Of a stretch of DNA of 64,000 bases, positions 11,781 to 28,110 are shown piece after piece. The position numbers were made by a program, and so were the translations under genes. The first letter of the stretch is position 1. Every line of letters starts with the position of its first letter. Origin of the DNA: the human T2T-CHM13v2.0 reference genome, Homo sapiens. The notes under the pieces are model-generated. The model made no database searches and was not told the origin of the DNA. It saw only the letters and a program-made list of their open reading frames with translations. The stretch is from assembly GCF_009914755.1 (NCBI RefSeq), contig NC_060934.1; one strand, written 5' to 3'.

Positions 11781-14574
11781 GGGATGGTGCCCAGGTAACC
11801 TGGGTGAGCTACAAACCAGAGCCGCTGGACGAGTTCCAAAGGGAACTCGGGCGCACTAGCCCCCTTTGTTTGTGTTTGGAGTGGGAGTCACCATATAGCT
11901 TTATTTGATTACTTTTTACCCAAATCCCCATATCCTCAGGAATTCAAGGACAAGGATACATAACAAAATGATTTTTGTCTCAGAGTAAATCACAGTCCAC
12001 TTGGAAAATCTCCATCCTAGAGGAGGGTGAGGGTGCAGGTCTTGGGGTGAGGCTGGGGATGAAGCCTCCCATGACTTTGTGGTTACCCTGCTGGTGGGCT
12101 CACTCCCTGCAGGGCCATTGGTGGAGTCACATGATGCCAGGCAAGGCTGGCCAAGCAGGGTACAGAGCACACTGGGGGAGGGATGGCTGCACAGGCGTGG
12201 ACCGTGGGGGATCCAGGGTAGGGATCCCACCTGGGGGTCTTGGGCTGAGTGGTGGAGCGTGTTGCCTGAACACATGAGCCCGTGGACATCTAGTGAGCTT
12301 AGGGCATGGCAGGGGTGGGGTGCGTTGCCTGCAGCCTGGGGCGGCCTCGGCTCCTTCATGTCAGCGCGTCCTGACACCGTGACACTGCGCATGGTCACAT
12401 GGAGCCTGTCCTCTTGTATCTGCTTCATCTCTGGCTTTCCTGTCCATCTGCCTGGTGCTTTGGAGGGTGTACCAGGCTGTGAGGGAGAAGCAGCCACGTG
12501 GCTCCGTTTTCTTGTGCTGCAGCTGGGCCAGCAGATCTAGGGGAAAGGCCACTTCCTAGTGGCCTTTCTGGTGGGAGGGAGTCATAGTGATGAGTCTGGA
12601 AGCTGAGCCCTGGCTTGGGAGCAGCTGGAAAGGCTGCCTGTGGCCTCCCTGAGTGGACGTCCTCTAGCAGTTGTTCAGCCTCCCTGTCCCCAGCCAGCCA
12701 CCACCTAGTTGGCACTCCCAGTGGGCCCCACGAGCCGCGTGTTGCTGTGCACAGCCCTTACGAGAATCCCACTTTCCAGATGAGGGCGACAGGAGGAGGA
12801 AGCATCACTCACTTGCCCAAGGTCCCACCGGCAAGGGGCTCTGAGTCTGGACGTGGCCCTCTGAGCTGCTCTGTCCCCGCTTGGCGTTGGAGCGTCTCAG
12901 CCTCTCCCAAGAGTGTGTGCCCTTGTGTCGCTGGTTCAGAAGCCAGAAGGCTTCCAGGGGCAGACCTAGGCAGAAGCCCTGAGTGGGCATCCTGGTCAGC
13001 CCTGTGGGGGTTGGGGGCCAGTGGGCAGGGGCACTCACCATGCTACCCAACCCCCTATGGCACCCCCAATGTGGAACGCACGGGCTCAGGACTCACTTTT
13101 ATTTTGGTAGAGCTTGGAGTCCCCATTTCCATGTTTTGTTTTTCTTTACAGTCCCAGTGTCAAGCTTAGTAGGACACAGATGTCTCAGCAAACAAAACTA
13201 GGAGCCATCCGAGCAGGCCCCTGCGGCCATATGCATTCCCACGCGTAGCGAAACCAGGCCCTCTTGCCAAGCACTCTTTGGGAGGATATTTGGAAAAAAT
13301 GTCAAGGCATTCATTTTTCTCTCGACCTTTTCTGTTGGAATCGTGGGGCCTTAACACTGGAAGTAAAAGGAGTTATAAGACACAGCTGGCTTCCTGCACC
13401 CGGGACAGCCCCAGTGGCCAGGCCTGGCCCTATTCTCCCATCTGGCCCTCGGTGGTTTCTGCAGAGGTTACCATGCACAAGGGCCAGGCCGCGGCCCCCA
13501 CCTATGTGAAAAGAAGTTGGCAATGATGTCCAGGTAGCAGGTGCAGCGGGCAAGGTTTCTACCCCCAGGCTAGTTAAGGACACAGGAGACTCGAGGAGGG
13601 AGAGGACCAGCAGAGGACACTCTATGGGGGTGGCTTCTGGCAAAACAGTGCTATCTGAAGATGAGTTTGAAGTTAGGAATGTTTGCTGAGTTGGCCTGGA
13701 TATTGGAAGTGCCCTTTCTTTTGAGCCCTTTGGCTCTCTTGGCGTTGACCATCTGCTGGTGGAACATGGGTGGGCTCCCAGAGCACCTGCCCCTGTGGTG
13801 TATACCAGCTGGATCTCAGCTACACCTACGGACCTGCACTGGTATAGATTTGGGTCCCAGGTTCCCCACCAGGGGCCTGGCTGGCTTCCCCAGGTCCACA
13901 CCCTTCCAGCGAAGTCACATCACAAGTTGTGTGGAAATGGAGGCCACCACCCTGGCCACAGAGGTGAGGCTGGTGAGGCCCAGAGTGTACCTGTTGGGGA
14001 TGCTGCAACACTTGGAAATCCGGCTGCCCAAGGCTGGAAGCCGTCTTGCTGCGTATGTCACGTAGGATAATGAGTGGACTCTTTTCTCAGTCCTGGAGGA
14101 CTTCCTCGGCCAGTCTGGAGTAAGCCATGGCTGGGGAGATCAGTTCTTGGAAGTGCTGGGTTTTCCTGCATCTTTGGTCCTTTGGTGGCACAGGCCTTCC
14201 CTTGCAGGCCTTTGGCACCTGTCTGGGGTGTGTGCCATTGGCTCAGTAGCCCATGGGCAGTAAGTTCCGTGGAATCAGGCACATTTTCAGCCAGCGCTGC
14301 CAAGTGCTCCCTGCAATGGTGTTGCCACCTGAGGTGCCACCCAAAGCAGAAAACCCTGGGGCTGGGCAAGACAGCAGCTTTCAGGAGCTGGGAGGAGGCA
14401 TCATTTCCACTTTCCAGGCCCTGCGATCTGGTTTGTAGCCTGTACCAGGGCACTGGAGTCCTGCCTTGGCACAGCTCATGGTCTAGAGGAATAACCTCAG
14501 GTCCAGGTGAGACACTCAGCCTGTGATGGCTTCATATGGTCACTACGTTGTTGTATATGGAGAGAGGACTCTTT

Positions 14575-14810
14575 CTTGGTTTTAAATTTTGTTTTTAATT
14601 TTATAAATGTAATATATTCACATGGAAAATTTGGAAATTATAAACAATCAAAAAGAAGCAGCTAAAAAAAGTCCTTTCATAATCCACCGGCAACATCAGT
14701 TAACATGTGGCATATTTCCTTCCCGTCTCCTCCACTCCCATTTTTTTTGGACTTCTTAAACATAATTGAGATTGTGTTTTATGTACAATTTTATAGCATG
14801 TACTTGTTAG
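14575..14810 (-). mobile_element. Old L1ME-type 3' end fragment
   Basis: aaatgtaatatattcacatggaaaatttggaaa...cataatccacc...catatttccttcc. Confidence 0.55.
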
Positions 14811-16423
14811 CTTTGAAACAGACCCATCTGCGTTTGCAATTTGGCCTGCAGGGAAAAGACCAGATTGCTGAGTCTTAGCTAAAGCTGTGGGAGAAGGAAA
14901 TCTAAAAATACCCTCCTCGTTGGCCTGCTCAGGGAGCGCCGTGGCCTCTTGTTCTCCTCCCTGTCAGTACAGCAGAATTAGCCATGACTCAGAGTGGGTC
15001 TCCGTGGTGATTCTGCCTCTAGAGAACATGCCGTGCTCCCGACGTCAGGCTCACAGGTGAGCGGGGGCACTAGCCGGAGACGAGGAGCTGGAGCCTGGCC
15101 GGCCCAACTACAGAGGGGCCTGGGGTTTGGCTCCTGCCGGAGGAGCCCCTCTAGGGCTCTCCGGGGTCTTCTGCAGAGCGAACACTTTGAGGGGAGCATC
15201 TGTCAGAGACACATGATGCTTCTTCACCCAAAGCCCCACCCTGGCTGCAAGAGGAGAAAATCAAAACCGTGAAGAGCATTTTAGAGACTTCCACTTCCAG
15301 CAAGATGGAGCAGAAGTGCCTTTCCCTATTCCTCCTGCCAAGTGCAATGAAAAACCCTGGACGTCAGTTATGAAACAAACAGAAGAGGCTGAAAGGAAGA
15401 GAGGAGAAGGCAGACTGACCAGGGACCTCAGGACCTGGGGATCAGTGGAGGGGTGAATTCCCTGGGTTTCCTTTGTGCCTTGCACATCTCAGACGTGGAG
15501 CTGAAGAAGCCAGCAAGAGCCTCTGCAGAAGCCTGCTCTCCCTGGCTGAAGGACCAAGCCAGGGGCACCTGGCGAGACAGAAAACATTTAGGCAATAACT
15601 GTGGTACTCCAGCCAAACACCACAGAAAACCCTGTGGCCCCCTCAGCTACTCGTGCCAGCAAGGGCTCAGCAGGGAGCCTGGACCAAAACACTGACCAGG
15701 CTGAAATGAGCCCCTACCACTGGGGGTGTCAGAGAAGGCCAAGGAGGGAGCCAGGAGCAGGGTGGGAATGAGGTCCCCCAGCTGGAGCATCAGTGGAGAC
15801 CACATGGTAAGCCTGTGCTTCCCCTAGTCAGTGGTGACAAGACATCCCTTCCCCTCCCACTGGACGGGCAGCATCATACTGAAGAGTCAGGACTTCATCG
15901 CCACTCAGAGGTTACAAGGCTATCCGCCCCCCCCACAACAGTGACAATGGAGCCCGCATGGGACACAGTAATGAGGGATTCCTGCACCTCCCAACCAGGG
16001 GAAAACTTCCTCCTTGAAGAGCAGTAATGAGAGCACCTCCCCCACCTCAGTGTCAGCAGAGGCCAAGTGGGGAACCTGGACGTCCACCCCACCCAAGCAG
16101 AATAAGGCAGCACTACCCTCTTCCCCTGCCTGAGTTGTGTCCAGAGAAGGCCACTGAAAGGGAAGGTTTAAATAAGACTCAGAGTCTCACACCACACACC
16201 CAAAATGTCCAGCTTGTGGTACAAAACCACCTGTCATGCTAAGAACCAAGGAAACCCCAACATGAATAAGAAGAGAAGACCAACAGACACCAGCACTGAG
16301 ATGACACAGATGTCAGGGCAAAGACTAAAACAGCTACTGGAAAAATGCTTCAACCAGCAATTGCAAATATGCTCAAAACAAATGACAAAGTAGAAAGTCT
16401 CAGCAAAGAAATAGAAGATACAG

Positions 16424-16733
16424 GGCCAGGTACGGTGGCTCATGCCTGTGATCCCAGCACTTTGGGAGGCTGAGGTCGGTGGATCACTTGAGCCCAGGAG
16501 TTTGAGACCAGACCTGGGCAACACAGGGAGACCTTGTCTCTACAAAAATTAAAAAATTAGCTGAGCATGGTGGCACACACCTGTAGTCTCAGCTACTTAG
16601 GAGGCTGAGGTGGGAGGATCACCTGAGCCTGAAAGGTCAAGGTTGTAGTGAGCTGAGATCACGCCACTGCACTCCAGTCTGGGCAACAGGGTGAGACCCT
16701 GTCTCAAACAAACAAACAAACAAACAAACAAAT
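16424..16733 (+). mobile_element. AluJ with (CAAA)n tail
   Basis: Full dimer; TSD aaatagaagataca 16409-16422 / 16734-16747. Confidence 0.95.
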
Positions 16734-17027
16734 AAATAGAAGATACAATGAAGAGCCAAATGAAAATTTTAGAACTGAAAAATACAGTAGCCAAAATAGA
16801 AAACTCCATGGATGGGTTTGACAGCAGAATCAAGGGGACAGAGGAAAGAGTCTGTGAACTTGAAGGCAGGAAAATAGAGATGACCCAATCAGAACAGAGA
16901 AAAAATAGACTGAAAAGAATGAACAGACATTTCACCAAAGATGATATCCAAATAGCAAATAAGCACATAAAAAGATGTCATGAGTCACTAGGGTAACGCA
17001 ATTTAAAGCCACAATGAGACATCACTA

Positions 17028-17366
<339 letters not shown>

Positions 17367-18365
17367 CTAAAATAAAAAATGCCGATGAGAACAGTGAGAA
17401 TCTGAATCACTCAGACATTGCTGGTGAGAAGGTAAAATGATACAAATGCTCTGGAAAATAGCTTGGCAGTGTCTTAAAACTCTAAATGTAAAACTGTCAC
17501 ATGACTCAGCCATGGTACTCCTGGGCAGTTATCAGAGAAATGAAAAATTATAATTTACACAAAAACCTATACACAAATGTTCGTTGCAGTTTTATTGATA
17601 ATAGCCCCAAACTAGAAGCAATCCAGGTGTCCTTCAGTGGGTGACGAGAGGAACTACATCCATGTCATGCAATAGTACTCAGCAATAAAAAGAAACAATC
17701 TCTCTCTCTCTCTTATTTTCTTTTTTTTTTTTTTTTTTTACATAAAATCCAGATCCTGCAGAAAAAAGAAACAAATTTGATACTCACAATGACTTGGATG
17801 GACTCCCAGTGAAAAAAGCCTATCCCAAAAGGTTATGTACTTTCTGATTCCATGTATAGAACATCCTCAAAATGACAAAATTCTATCATGCAAAACAGAT
17901 ACTGTTGGATGGGGTGGGGCGGGGCAGGAGGGCAGTGGGCGTGGCTATAAAGAGCAGCCTGAGGGGTCCTGGTGGTGATGGAAAGCTTCTTTATTTCACT
18001 GTATCAATGTCAATTGTTGACTTTGATATTGTTCTATAGTTTTGCAATATATTACTGTTAAGAGAAACTGAGTCAGTGGCGTTCTTACAACTGCATGTGA
18101 ATCTCCAATTAGCCCCAAATTAAAAGTTTACTAAAGCAACAATTGAACAAGAAAAAGAAAAGCCTTTGTACCTAGCAACCCAGAATGCCTATGATAAGTG
18201 GCAGGAGCTGATGACAGGCGTTCTTGGTTCAGAACAATGACAACTCTGGGACAAGCATGCCGCTGGGAGAAAGAGACCAGGAGCTGCACAGCCAGACAGA
18301 TGCTTTTGCAGTGGGATGGCGGTGGGGGGTTGGAATGGTTCATCATTTACTTTTTATATTTAACA

Positions 18366-18965
<600 letters not shown>

Positions 18966-19247
18966 CGGATTGTCATTTAGCGGTCTGTCTGAACATCAGT
19001 CTCCTGACGTCCTTCCTACAGATATGAACAGAGCCCCTGCTAGGCATGAGTATTCGGAGCATAAGCTCCTGGTTCCCCAGTGAGAGACGGATGTGTAAGG
19101 AGGCAGTCTCAGGGTAGGATGTTGAGTCTGGGCTGGGGACAGTGCACTGTGCCGTGGAATTATGGAGAGTTTTTCCTCCTATCTCTAAGTCCAATGTGTG
19201 GCATGGTTATATTACATTTTTAGGATGGAAAAGTTATACCATATATT

Positions 19248-19433
19248 TAAATGAATTAACAGCATTTGCAATGATCTGGATGAGATTGGAGACTATTATT
19301 CTAAGTGAAGTAACTCAGGAATGGAAAACCAAACATCTTATGTTCTCACTGATATGTGGGAGCTAAGCTATGAAGACGCAAAGGCATGAGAATGATACAG
19401 TGGACTTTGGGGACTTGGAGGAAGAGTGGGAGG
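19248..19433 (+). mobile_element. L1PB-type 3' fragment
   Basis: ggatgagattggagactattattctaagtgaagtaactcaggaatggaaaaccaaacat...tgggagctaagctatga. Confidence 0.85.
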
Positions 19434-20884
19434 GAACGAGGTGTCCTTGTCCAGCAGGCGCTCTGTGTGAGGCTCCATGCATCTTTATGCATTCTGCTCT
19501 GATGTTTGCAAACACGACGCCCGGCAATAAGTGAGGCCCCCCTGAGGTACTCAAGGGGCTTCACTCGCTGAAGCTCCCCTCCCCACAGCAACCTGAGCTT
19601 CTGCAAAAGCTGAGAAGCACGCGTGAGAAGGGCACCTCCCCTGCTTGGAAATAATTTTTTGGTTGCAGTAGGGGGTTTTGTTTGTTGTTTGTTGCTTGCT
19701 GCTCGCTAGCTTGTTCTTGCAGAAGGAAGAGCTGGTCTCCTTTGCCATCCCTTACTGAGGGTCGAGAAATACAGACAGGTGTCTTCAGGCTCTCCGTGCA
19801 GGCCATAGTCCCCAAGAATTCACTTGTGAGCCTCTGTGGCAGTTTATGTTGAGGATTAGGTTTAGTTTGGGGAGAGGAGGATCCATGGAGCTGGGGTTCC
19901 AGATTTGATGTCTAATTTTAGAAAGGACACTATTTTTAAATCAATAGCTGTGCAGCCTAGCATATCACTCTGACCCTGTGCCCTTAAGGGACGCACTGGG
20001 GAGGACATTGTTCAGGACGGAGCCTGACAAGAAAGGAATGCTACCCCACGCCGTGCGCCCCAGGCGGCCACTGTCGTCCAAGAATTTCCAGGTCTTTTCT
20101 GGTATCACTTCTTGGCACAGGCGGAAGAAGCCATGTTCCCATCGTCCCAACATGCAGCTGGGGACCTGGAGACCGCTTTGGCCTTTCTCAAGGTCACAGG
20201 AAGGCAGGGGGAAGGCTGGCGAGGGCCCTGTGGATCCACCCTGCTCCAGCCCGGCGTCGGGTTACAGCAGTGGGGACAGGAGGGGGAAGGGGTGTCACTG
20301 CAGGAGCTAAGGAGAAATCCAGGGTTGACACCCTCAGAAACTGGAGAAGACCAAGAAAGCAGAGCGGAGAGTGCCCCCTGCAGTCCGCAGAGGGCCTTTG
20401 CCGAGGTGGGCCTGGAGCCGTCGCCGTACCCCTGGGTGGCCCGCAAGGCCAGGCTTGGCTGCCTGGCAATGTTTGTTGTGGGCAGTTGCCATGCCACTCC
20501 GGCGGCAGCAAGAGCAGGGACAGGTGTGGCAGAGCCCGGTGGTTCCAGCCCAGCCTGGCCTCCCAGCATCACCTTCTCCAGTTACTTGAAGTGGGCCAGG
20601 TCCTGGAGACCGGGCGTGTGGTTATGGGCTCTCCAGATTCTTGGCGCCTTCCTGATTGCAGGAGTCTGGTTGGCATCATGGGACCCCTGGGAGACTCACT
20701 TTCAGGAGGGGTTGTCCTTTCCCCCCTGGGGGACACACTCTGCTTACTTGTCCCCTGGGAGCGCTGGGCAGGGAGACTGCAGGTGCCAGCCACTCCTGCA
20801 GCTTCTGCCCAGCCTCCTCTGGTGTCCTCTGCACTGTCACCAAGCCATGGCCTCAAGCAACTTGTGGGTGCCTGTGATTTAGGC

Positions 20885-21062
20885 CTTGGGGTGTTGGAGC
20901 CTGCTTGGACCCACTGGCAGGAGTCAGTTGTGATGTCTTTTGCCAGCTCTCTTCTGTAGCTTGAAATTGGCCACGGTGGAAGTATTTACACCATGGAAGT
21001 TGGCAAATGCACGGACCCAGCACCCCCACCCCATCCCGGAGAGCCAGTTACCAGCACACGTC
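20885..21062. mobile_element. hAT-Tip100 (Zaphod/MER115-like) non-autonomous relic
   Basis: cttgaaattggccacggtggaagtatttacaccatggaagttggcaaatgc and gagagccagttaccagcaca; family from recall. Confidence 0.5.
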
Positions 21063-22127
21063 TGCCTTTTGGGGTCTTTTGTGCAGGACTGATGGATGGA
21101 GTCGCAGCAGACACTTGGCCTGGCCACTGTGAGGCTGTGTGGTGGGAGGTCGGGGGCACCTGAGACAGAGGGAGGAGGCTGAGAGTCTGAGGGGGCAGCC
21201 AGGGCTGGAGGGCCATTTGGGATTCTGTTGGATTTCCCTGCACTTTGTCCAGGGGCAGAAGCCTCCCTCCCAAGGTCAGGCCCCATTTCTAGCCGTGCTG
21301 GTCGCACATCCCTGTGAGCAGGGGTGCAGAAGAGAAATGGTCCCTCAGGAGCCCCACACCCGCTCCCATCCAGCTCTCCTCCAGATGACATCTCCAGGCA
21401 CTGGGACCCCACAGAGGCAGGCCCTGCTCAGCCTGCAGAGCTCCCGGTGGAGAGGGAGGGCGGGGGTCCAGGTGGCCTGAGGAGAGGGGTGCAGGCCAGC
21501 TGAGGGGGCTCCCAGAACTCCACGAGCTCAGAGACGGGCTCTTGCCCTTGCAGCCCCATCCTTGGGATGCCCCAGCCCTTCATCCAGACCTCTGCTGTGA
21601 TTGTGTCAGGACCTGTCCCTGCAGTGGACTGGAAGCTCCAGGTGGGCAGGCCTTGCCGTGGTCACCTGTGTCCACAGGCCTGGGCAGAGCAAACTGATGA
21701 GTGTCTACTAAATCAGAGAGAAGACACAACCAGGGAGCGAGTGCACGCCCGGGCCGACCAGGGCTGCGGGCATCATATCCCGCTCAGCCGCTGCCTGCCC
21801 TCCACGCGCCCCTGGCTGCCTCTCTCAGCCTCGGCCCCCTCCACTCATGAGTGGGAATAAATAAGAGAGTAGAAAACGTAAGTGAGGTTCTTGTCTGGCC
21901 GCCCGGCTCATAGCAATGTTTAATAGATAGTAACTGGTGTTATGACTGAAGACGTCCTTTGTGGGCTATTGGAGTTCTTAATATCCCCGAGTAACCACAG
22001 GGCAACGCTCTGGCTTGACAAGGGGCGGCACTGCTGGTCAGCAGCCCAGCCAGCCGCAGCGGCCACTTGTGTTCCCAGCTGTGGCTTGTGATCTATGGTC
22101 GACTGAGCTGTTACTCTCCTCGGTTAG

Positions 22128-22258
22128 ACACGCATATGCACACACATGCACACTCATGTACTTACACATGTGCACGCGCATGCAACGCACAAACACATGG
22201 ACACACATGCGCATGCATGCACACACTGTACCCACGTGCACACACGAGTGCACAGACA
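22128..22258. repeat. (CA/TG)-rich low-complexity tract
   Basis: cacacatgca-type units, read directly. Confidence 0.9.
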
Positions 22259-22274
22259 CGAGGGCTCACTGTGA

Positions 22275-22625
<351 letters not shown>

Positions 22626-22634
22626 GTTCTTATT

Positions 22635-23120
22635 TCTTTAATTTTATTGAAGAATAACATACCTACGGAGCCGTGTGCATATCATAAGGGTACAATTTGA
22701 TATACTTTCATGGAGTGAAATACATCCCTGAAACCAGCTCCGGATCGAGAAGCAGGACATTTCCCACCCTCTTCTTGCCCTTTGCCTGCAACCCCCATCC
22801 CCGGGGTGACCATTCCCCGGCCTCTGCCCCCGGGACAGTTTTGTTCGCTCCTTTGCTTTATGGAGGTGAAACCGCGCGATGAGGCCCCTTTCGAGTCTGG
22901 CTGCTTTTGCTTAGCCCTGCGCTTGTGAGATCCCTCCGCGGTGGCCTGGAGAGGTGTGGCCACTTCCCGCTTCGTGGCAAGTCGTGTTCTGCCATTTCTC
23001 CGAATACCGATGGAGGCTTACCGTGCTGGACCATGGAATGGGGTCTGGAATGTTCTCATACAGGTCCTGTGGTGCAATGGGCGTGTGCTGGCACTGGGAT
23101 TCTGTGTCTAATGCTCTTCA
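22635..23120 (-). mobile_element. L1M 3' fragment
   Basis: ttttattgaagaataacatac...tacaatttgatatacttt...gtctggctgcttttgcttagc. Confidence 0.65.
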
Positions 23121-24214
23121 TCCTAGACCTGTGAGAGGAGACTGTTGTCCCCAGGGCAGTGAGGAGGAGGCCAGCTTTGGAGTGGTCACCCTCACCTCGC
23201 CGTTACACACGTCACTTCATTTAATTTTTAAACAACAGTCCTGCTGCCGGTGGCCTTTTCTGTGTGCTATAGAAGTGAGAGCAGGTGCCTGGGGACACTT
23301 GGAGGCCCCCCTAGGTTTGTCTGTAATGAGCTTGTGCTGGCGACTGGCATGTTCTGTCCCCCCCACGGCTCCCAGCGTGCTCCCAGCGCCCTCCCACAGC
23401 TTTAGGCAATTAAGACACGGGCTTGGAGTGGCCATTGCAGGACCTGCTGGTAATGGGGGTGAGGGGTAAGCTTTGTTTCCAAGGCAGGTCTGTGCCCTGG
23501 GGTCTTGTCCCCCTCCACATGCACACTGCCTGGGTGGGGCTCATTCCTGCGGGTAAGGCCCGGGATCAGGAATGGCTGTCTTTCTTCTGCCCAGAGGGAG
23601 CTGCTTGTGGCTTGAGGTGGCCCTGAGACTGTGAGACAGGCCACTGGGAGGCCCAGGCTCTAGCAAAAGTGGGGATTTTTTTCTCTCCCTAGTTTTGGAT
23701 CAGGTTTTTGAGGTTGTGCAAACGTAGGAATGAGGCCTTTCACCCCGTCAGTTGTCTGTCGGGCTGTGTCGCACAGTGGCCCCTCGGGACAGCCTACAGA
23801 GCTGCTGTCTCTTCCAGGCATTGCTGCAGGGCCTGCTGTCTCTGCTGTCCTGGGCCAGGCGCTGAGTTCTGTCGCGGAAAGTCTGAGGGCAGAGCTGGGA
23901 GGGCAGCGTTTCCAAAGCAAATGGAAAAGGCAAACGGGAACGTGGCGGGCAGGGTGGGCAGGGCAGCCTGGAAACACCCTTTGTCCCATGCAGCTCATTC
24001 ACTCGGCCAGGATTTGCCGAGTGGCTTACTGCACTCTGTGGCCCTGAACCAGGGCTGGGGGATCTCAGGGACATGTGTGTCCACAGAGATGGTCACCTGC
24101 CACCTCCACCATCACAGATGCCATGAAGGCTGTGAAGGGAAACAGACCTGTAAGGCAGCGGAGCCGAGATGGGGTTGATGAGTGTCACCAGTCACAAGCA
24201 AGGTGTCTCTGTTC

Positions 24215-24415
24215 TCTCTTCTACATGTTGATCGAGGTATAACACCCAGGAAAGGACATCAAGTGTACAGTTTGAATTTTTGCACACACGTACACCCGTG
24301 TAACCCCCACACAGATCAAGATGTAGAACATTCCAGCACCCAGAAGTTTCCCCGTGCCCCTTCCCAGTCAGACCCCCCGACCCCAGGTCACCCCTGCCCT
24401 GACTTGCAGTGTAGA
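24215..24415 (-). mobile_element. L1M 3' terminal fragment
   Basis: gaggtataacac...aagtgtacagtttgaatttttgcacac...cagatcaagatgtagaacattccagcacccag. Confidence 0.75.
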
Positions 24416-24861
24416 GCTCACCCGGCCACTTCCTCTTTTGCCCACAGCAGGTGAGGAGGGCCTTCTACTGGGAAAAACTGTGACTATTAATTTAGGTTTA
24501 AAATGTATTGGTAACAGGCAGATCTGGCCAGTCCCTCCCTGGCTTCAATCTCCTTGGTAGCTTCCAGGATTACTCTTAGGAGGGACTGGAGGAAAAGCCC
24601 CTCTCTGTCCCCATGGCACCCACAGTGACCGTCACAGCCCTCCTCTGGGCCCTCACTGCCACCAGTGGACTCACTGTCTCCCTCTGCCCTGTGCACAGCT
24701 TCTTAATTTGGGTCCCTCTGGTTTAGCTCAGTGCAGCCAGAATTCACCCAGTGCCTATGTGAGTCGGGCACTGGGCTGGCCCAGGGGCCTTTGGAATGAA
24801 GGGGACAGTCGGTGAGCTGAGGTTGTCCCCAAATCAGAGGTGTGACCCTATGAGCAGCCAG

Positions 24862-25790
24862 GTTTTTAATTTTGTAATTGAGATATTCACATGCCATACA
24901 ATTCCTCTTAAAATACACAATTCAGTGGTCTTTAGGTTTTTAATATATTCACAATGCTGTGCAACTATCACCTCTAATTCCAGAATATTCTGTCACTCCA
25001 AAGAGAAACCCTGTACCCATTAGCAGTGACTTCCCACTCCCCACACCCCCAGCCCCTAGCAGCCTCCAGCCTCTTTCAATCTCTGTGGATTCGCCCGCTC
25101 TGGGCATTTCATGTAAATGGAATCAGACGATACATGGTCTTTTGTGTCTGACTCCATTCACTTTGCTTAATGTCTTGACCGTTCATCTGTGTTACGGTGT
25201 GTATCAGAGTTTCACTTCTTTTTGTGGCTGAGTAATATTCCACTATGTGGATAGGCCACATTTTGTTGATCTGTTATCAGCTGATGGACATTTGGATTGC
25301 TTCCTGATATGGTTTGGCTGCATCCCAACCCAAATCTCGTCTCGAATTCCCATGTGTTGTGGGAGGTAATTGAATCACGGGGGCAGGTCTTTCCCATGTT
25401 GTTCTGTTCTGGTGATAGTGAATTAGTCTCACAAGATCAGATGGTTTTAAAAAGCGGAGTTGCCCTGCACACGCTCTCTTCTCTTGTCTGCCGCCATGTG
25501 AGACATGCCTTTCACCTTCTGCCGTGACGGTGAGGCCTCCCCAGTCACGTGGAACTGTAAGTGCATTAAACCTCTTTCTTTTGTAAACTGCCCAGTCTCT
25601 CTGGTATGTCTTTATCAGCAGTGTGAAAACGGACTGATACACTTCCACTTTTTGGCTATTGGGAATAGTGGTGCTGTGAACACTAATGTATAGGTTTTTG
25701 TGTGGACACGTTTCCAGTTGTCTTGGATATATACCTAGTTGTGGAATTCCTGGCTCATGTGGTAATTCATGTTTAACTTTTTGAGTAACG
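24862..25790 (-). mobile_element. L1MB-type 3' region, interrupted by THE1 LTR
   Basis: ttgagatattcacatgccatacaatt...ctgatggacatttggattgcttcc|acttttggctatt...ggaattcctggctcat. Confidence 0.88.
25305..25641 (+). mobile_element. THE1 (THE1B-like) MaLR solo LTR
   Basis: tgatatggtttggctg...aaaacggactgataca; perfect 5-bp TSD cttcc (25300-25304 / 25642-25646). Confidence 0.95.
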
Positions 25791-26189
25791 AGCGGCCATT
25801 TTTAAAGACTGGATAGGAATATGTAAGGAAGAAAGTAAATTTATTCACTTCCGTTCAGGAAATTTACCTACCAAACAACATGCTGAATGGGAACCTTTAG
25901 GGGCTTGGCTGAATGGCCCTGCACAAGGTGTCCAGGATGCACTGCCTAAAAGCTGTGGACCCTGTGCCTGGGAGGAGGACCAGCAAAGGGCAGAGCCCCC
26001 CGTGTTTCAGATGGAAAGGTTAAGTAATGTGACTCTGGTAATGCAGTCCAGTTCATTTATGAGATCATGGACCTCTTATACTACAGACTTTTTGTGTTTT
26101 TTTGCTGAGTCTTTTGCTCCCTAACCGTGTTCCCTGGCTGGCCACCCTGCCAGCACCACGCTGGTCCTCAGGAAGCATCATCAGTCAGA

Positions 26190-27226
<1,037 letters not shown>

Positions 27227-27479
27227 TCATCACTGCACTTGGCAGAGGTCATCGCTGCTGCTCCCATCCAGCTCAGTCCTGTGGTCCCTGTCGTGTGTAG
27301 AAACACATACTCTGTACGTTGCTGGGATCATAGCAGAATATCAGCTCCACCAATCCTGGTTCCTCAATGGCGACACCCACGCACTCAGGGCATGTATCAG
27401 TGTGCATGGAGTTGCCTCGCGTTCAACTGCGTGGTGTGGGTAACGCAGTTGTGCCATTGTGTGTCTCACAATTCCCAGA

Positions 27480-28110
<631 letters not shown>

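Noticed and set aside
16748-16996. 82-aa ORF with L1 ORF1/ORF2 motifs
   Set aside because: Decayed L1 remnant, not a functional CDS.
20112-20959. 256-aa and 229-aa ORFs
   Set aside because: Non-ATG starts, overlapping frames, no recognisable family.
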